A DNA stretch of 64,000 nt from Dimorphilus gyrociliatus. Lineage: Eukaryota; Animalia; Annelida. Positions 63,633 through 64,000 of this stretch are shown here, one piece after another (position 1 is the stretch's first letter; each line of letters begins with the position of its first letter). Under the pieces are notes generated by a model. The model worked only from the letters and a program-made list of their open reading frames with translations. It had not been told where the DNA came from and did no database searches. Both the position numbers and the translations under genes were made by a program. The DNA is taken from assembly GCA_904063045.1 (NCBI GenBank), contig CAJFCJ010000019.1:1875700-1939699 (forward strand). The letters run 5' to 3'.

Positions 63633-64000
63633 ATGGTAAGTGAACGAAAAACGGGTCGAAGGCGACGCCAGAGCAGTCCAATCGAAATCGAAGCTATGAC
63701 GACGGTAAGGATAAGACCGACTTGCGAAGACACAACAGAATTCGTAGGAAGGAGGAAGAAGGCTAGCATGGCGAGGTCGATATCGCCTTCGGGTTACTCG
63801 AATAGACGCGATTCGTTGACCGAATCGTTAGCGCTGATGTCCCGAAGTTGTGAAGATCACAGTAGTCTTAAACAAAATATCGAACGATTGAGAGAAACCT
63901 CGATGAGGGACCCGTCTTCGTTCCCTTTAGATAGCCTCGCTCCTGAACTTAAAGTGAAAATTCTTGAGCATTTACCCGTCAGGGAACGTGGTCGTATGGG
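63633..64000 (+). CDS. F-box protein, N-terminal part (runs off the window)
   Basis: An acceptor tttttgcag at 63623 is followed by a frame open from ATG 63633 to the window end. It finishes in PLDSLAPELKVKILEHLPVRERGRM, an F-box motif. The exact start is uncertain (further ATGs at 63768 and 63837). Confidence 0.65.
   Translation, partial: MVSERKTGRRRRQSSPIEIEAMTTVRIRPTCEDTTEFVGRRKKASMARSISPSGYSNRRDSLTESLALMSRSCEDHSSLKQNIERLRETSMRDPSSFPLDSLAPELKVKILEHLPVRERGRM

Noticed and set aside
63587-63769. 60-aa hydrophobic minus-strand ORF
   Set aside because: It is antisense to the open frame leading into the F-box motif, and no other support was found.

Overview
This is AT-rich, very compact animal (metazoan) genomic DNA with GT..AG introns of about 48-90 bp. 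The style resembles the miniaturised annelid Dimorphilus, but that is only a guess from style. The ORF track fragments most genes. After manual splicing, positions 1-56.8 kb form a lineage-specific cell-surface/immune-like block. Its core is a tandem family of giant single-pass mosaic proteins with the order signal peptide, 2-3 Bark/Anakonda-like [beta-helix, SRCR-like, CUB-like] supermodules, MAM, beta-helix, C-type lectin, EGF, PSI, an unassigned ~550-600 aa region, Cys-rich linker, VWD, about 10 EGF, 2 cadherin-like domains, S/T stalk, TM and a tiny tail. Three copies are intact: A (minus, 15 exons, ~3680 aa), B (plus, 15 exons, ~4452 aa) and C (plus, 6 exons, ~4253 aa, ending in one 11.7-kb exon that lacks the introns A and B share). 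There is also a collapsed pseudogene D and a small fragment E. Interleaved with them are three small Cys-rich, probably GPI-anchored paralogues, an RI-type LRR gene, a stand-alone intact BEL/Pao Gag-like ORF, a possible GPCR remnant and a TSP1-repeat membrane protein. Positions 57-64 kb are a housekeeping block: GALK2, a minimal midnolin, an ML-domain protein, a kelch protein and the start of an F-box gene. This block also holds a three-times repeated composite promoter module. No rRNA, tRNA or CRISPR array was recognised.
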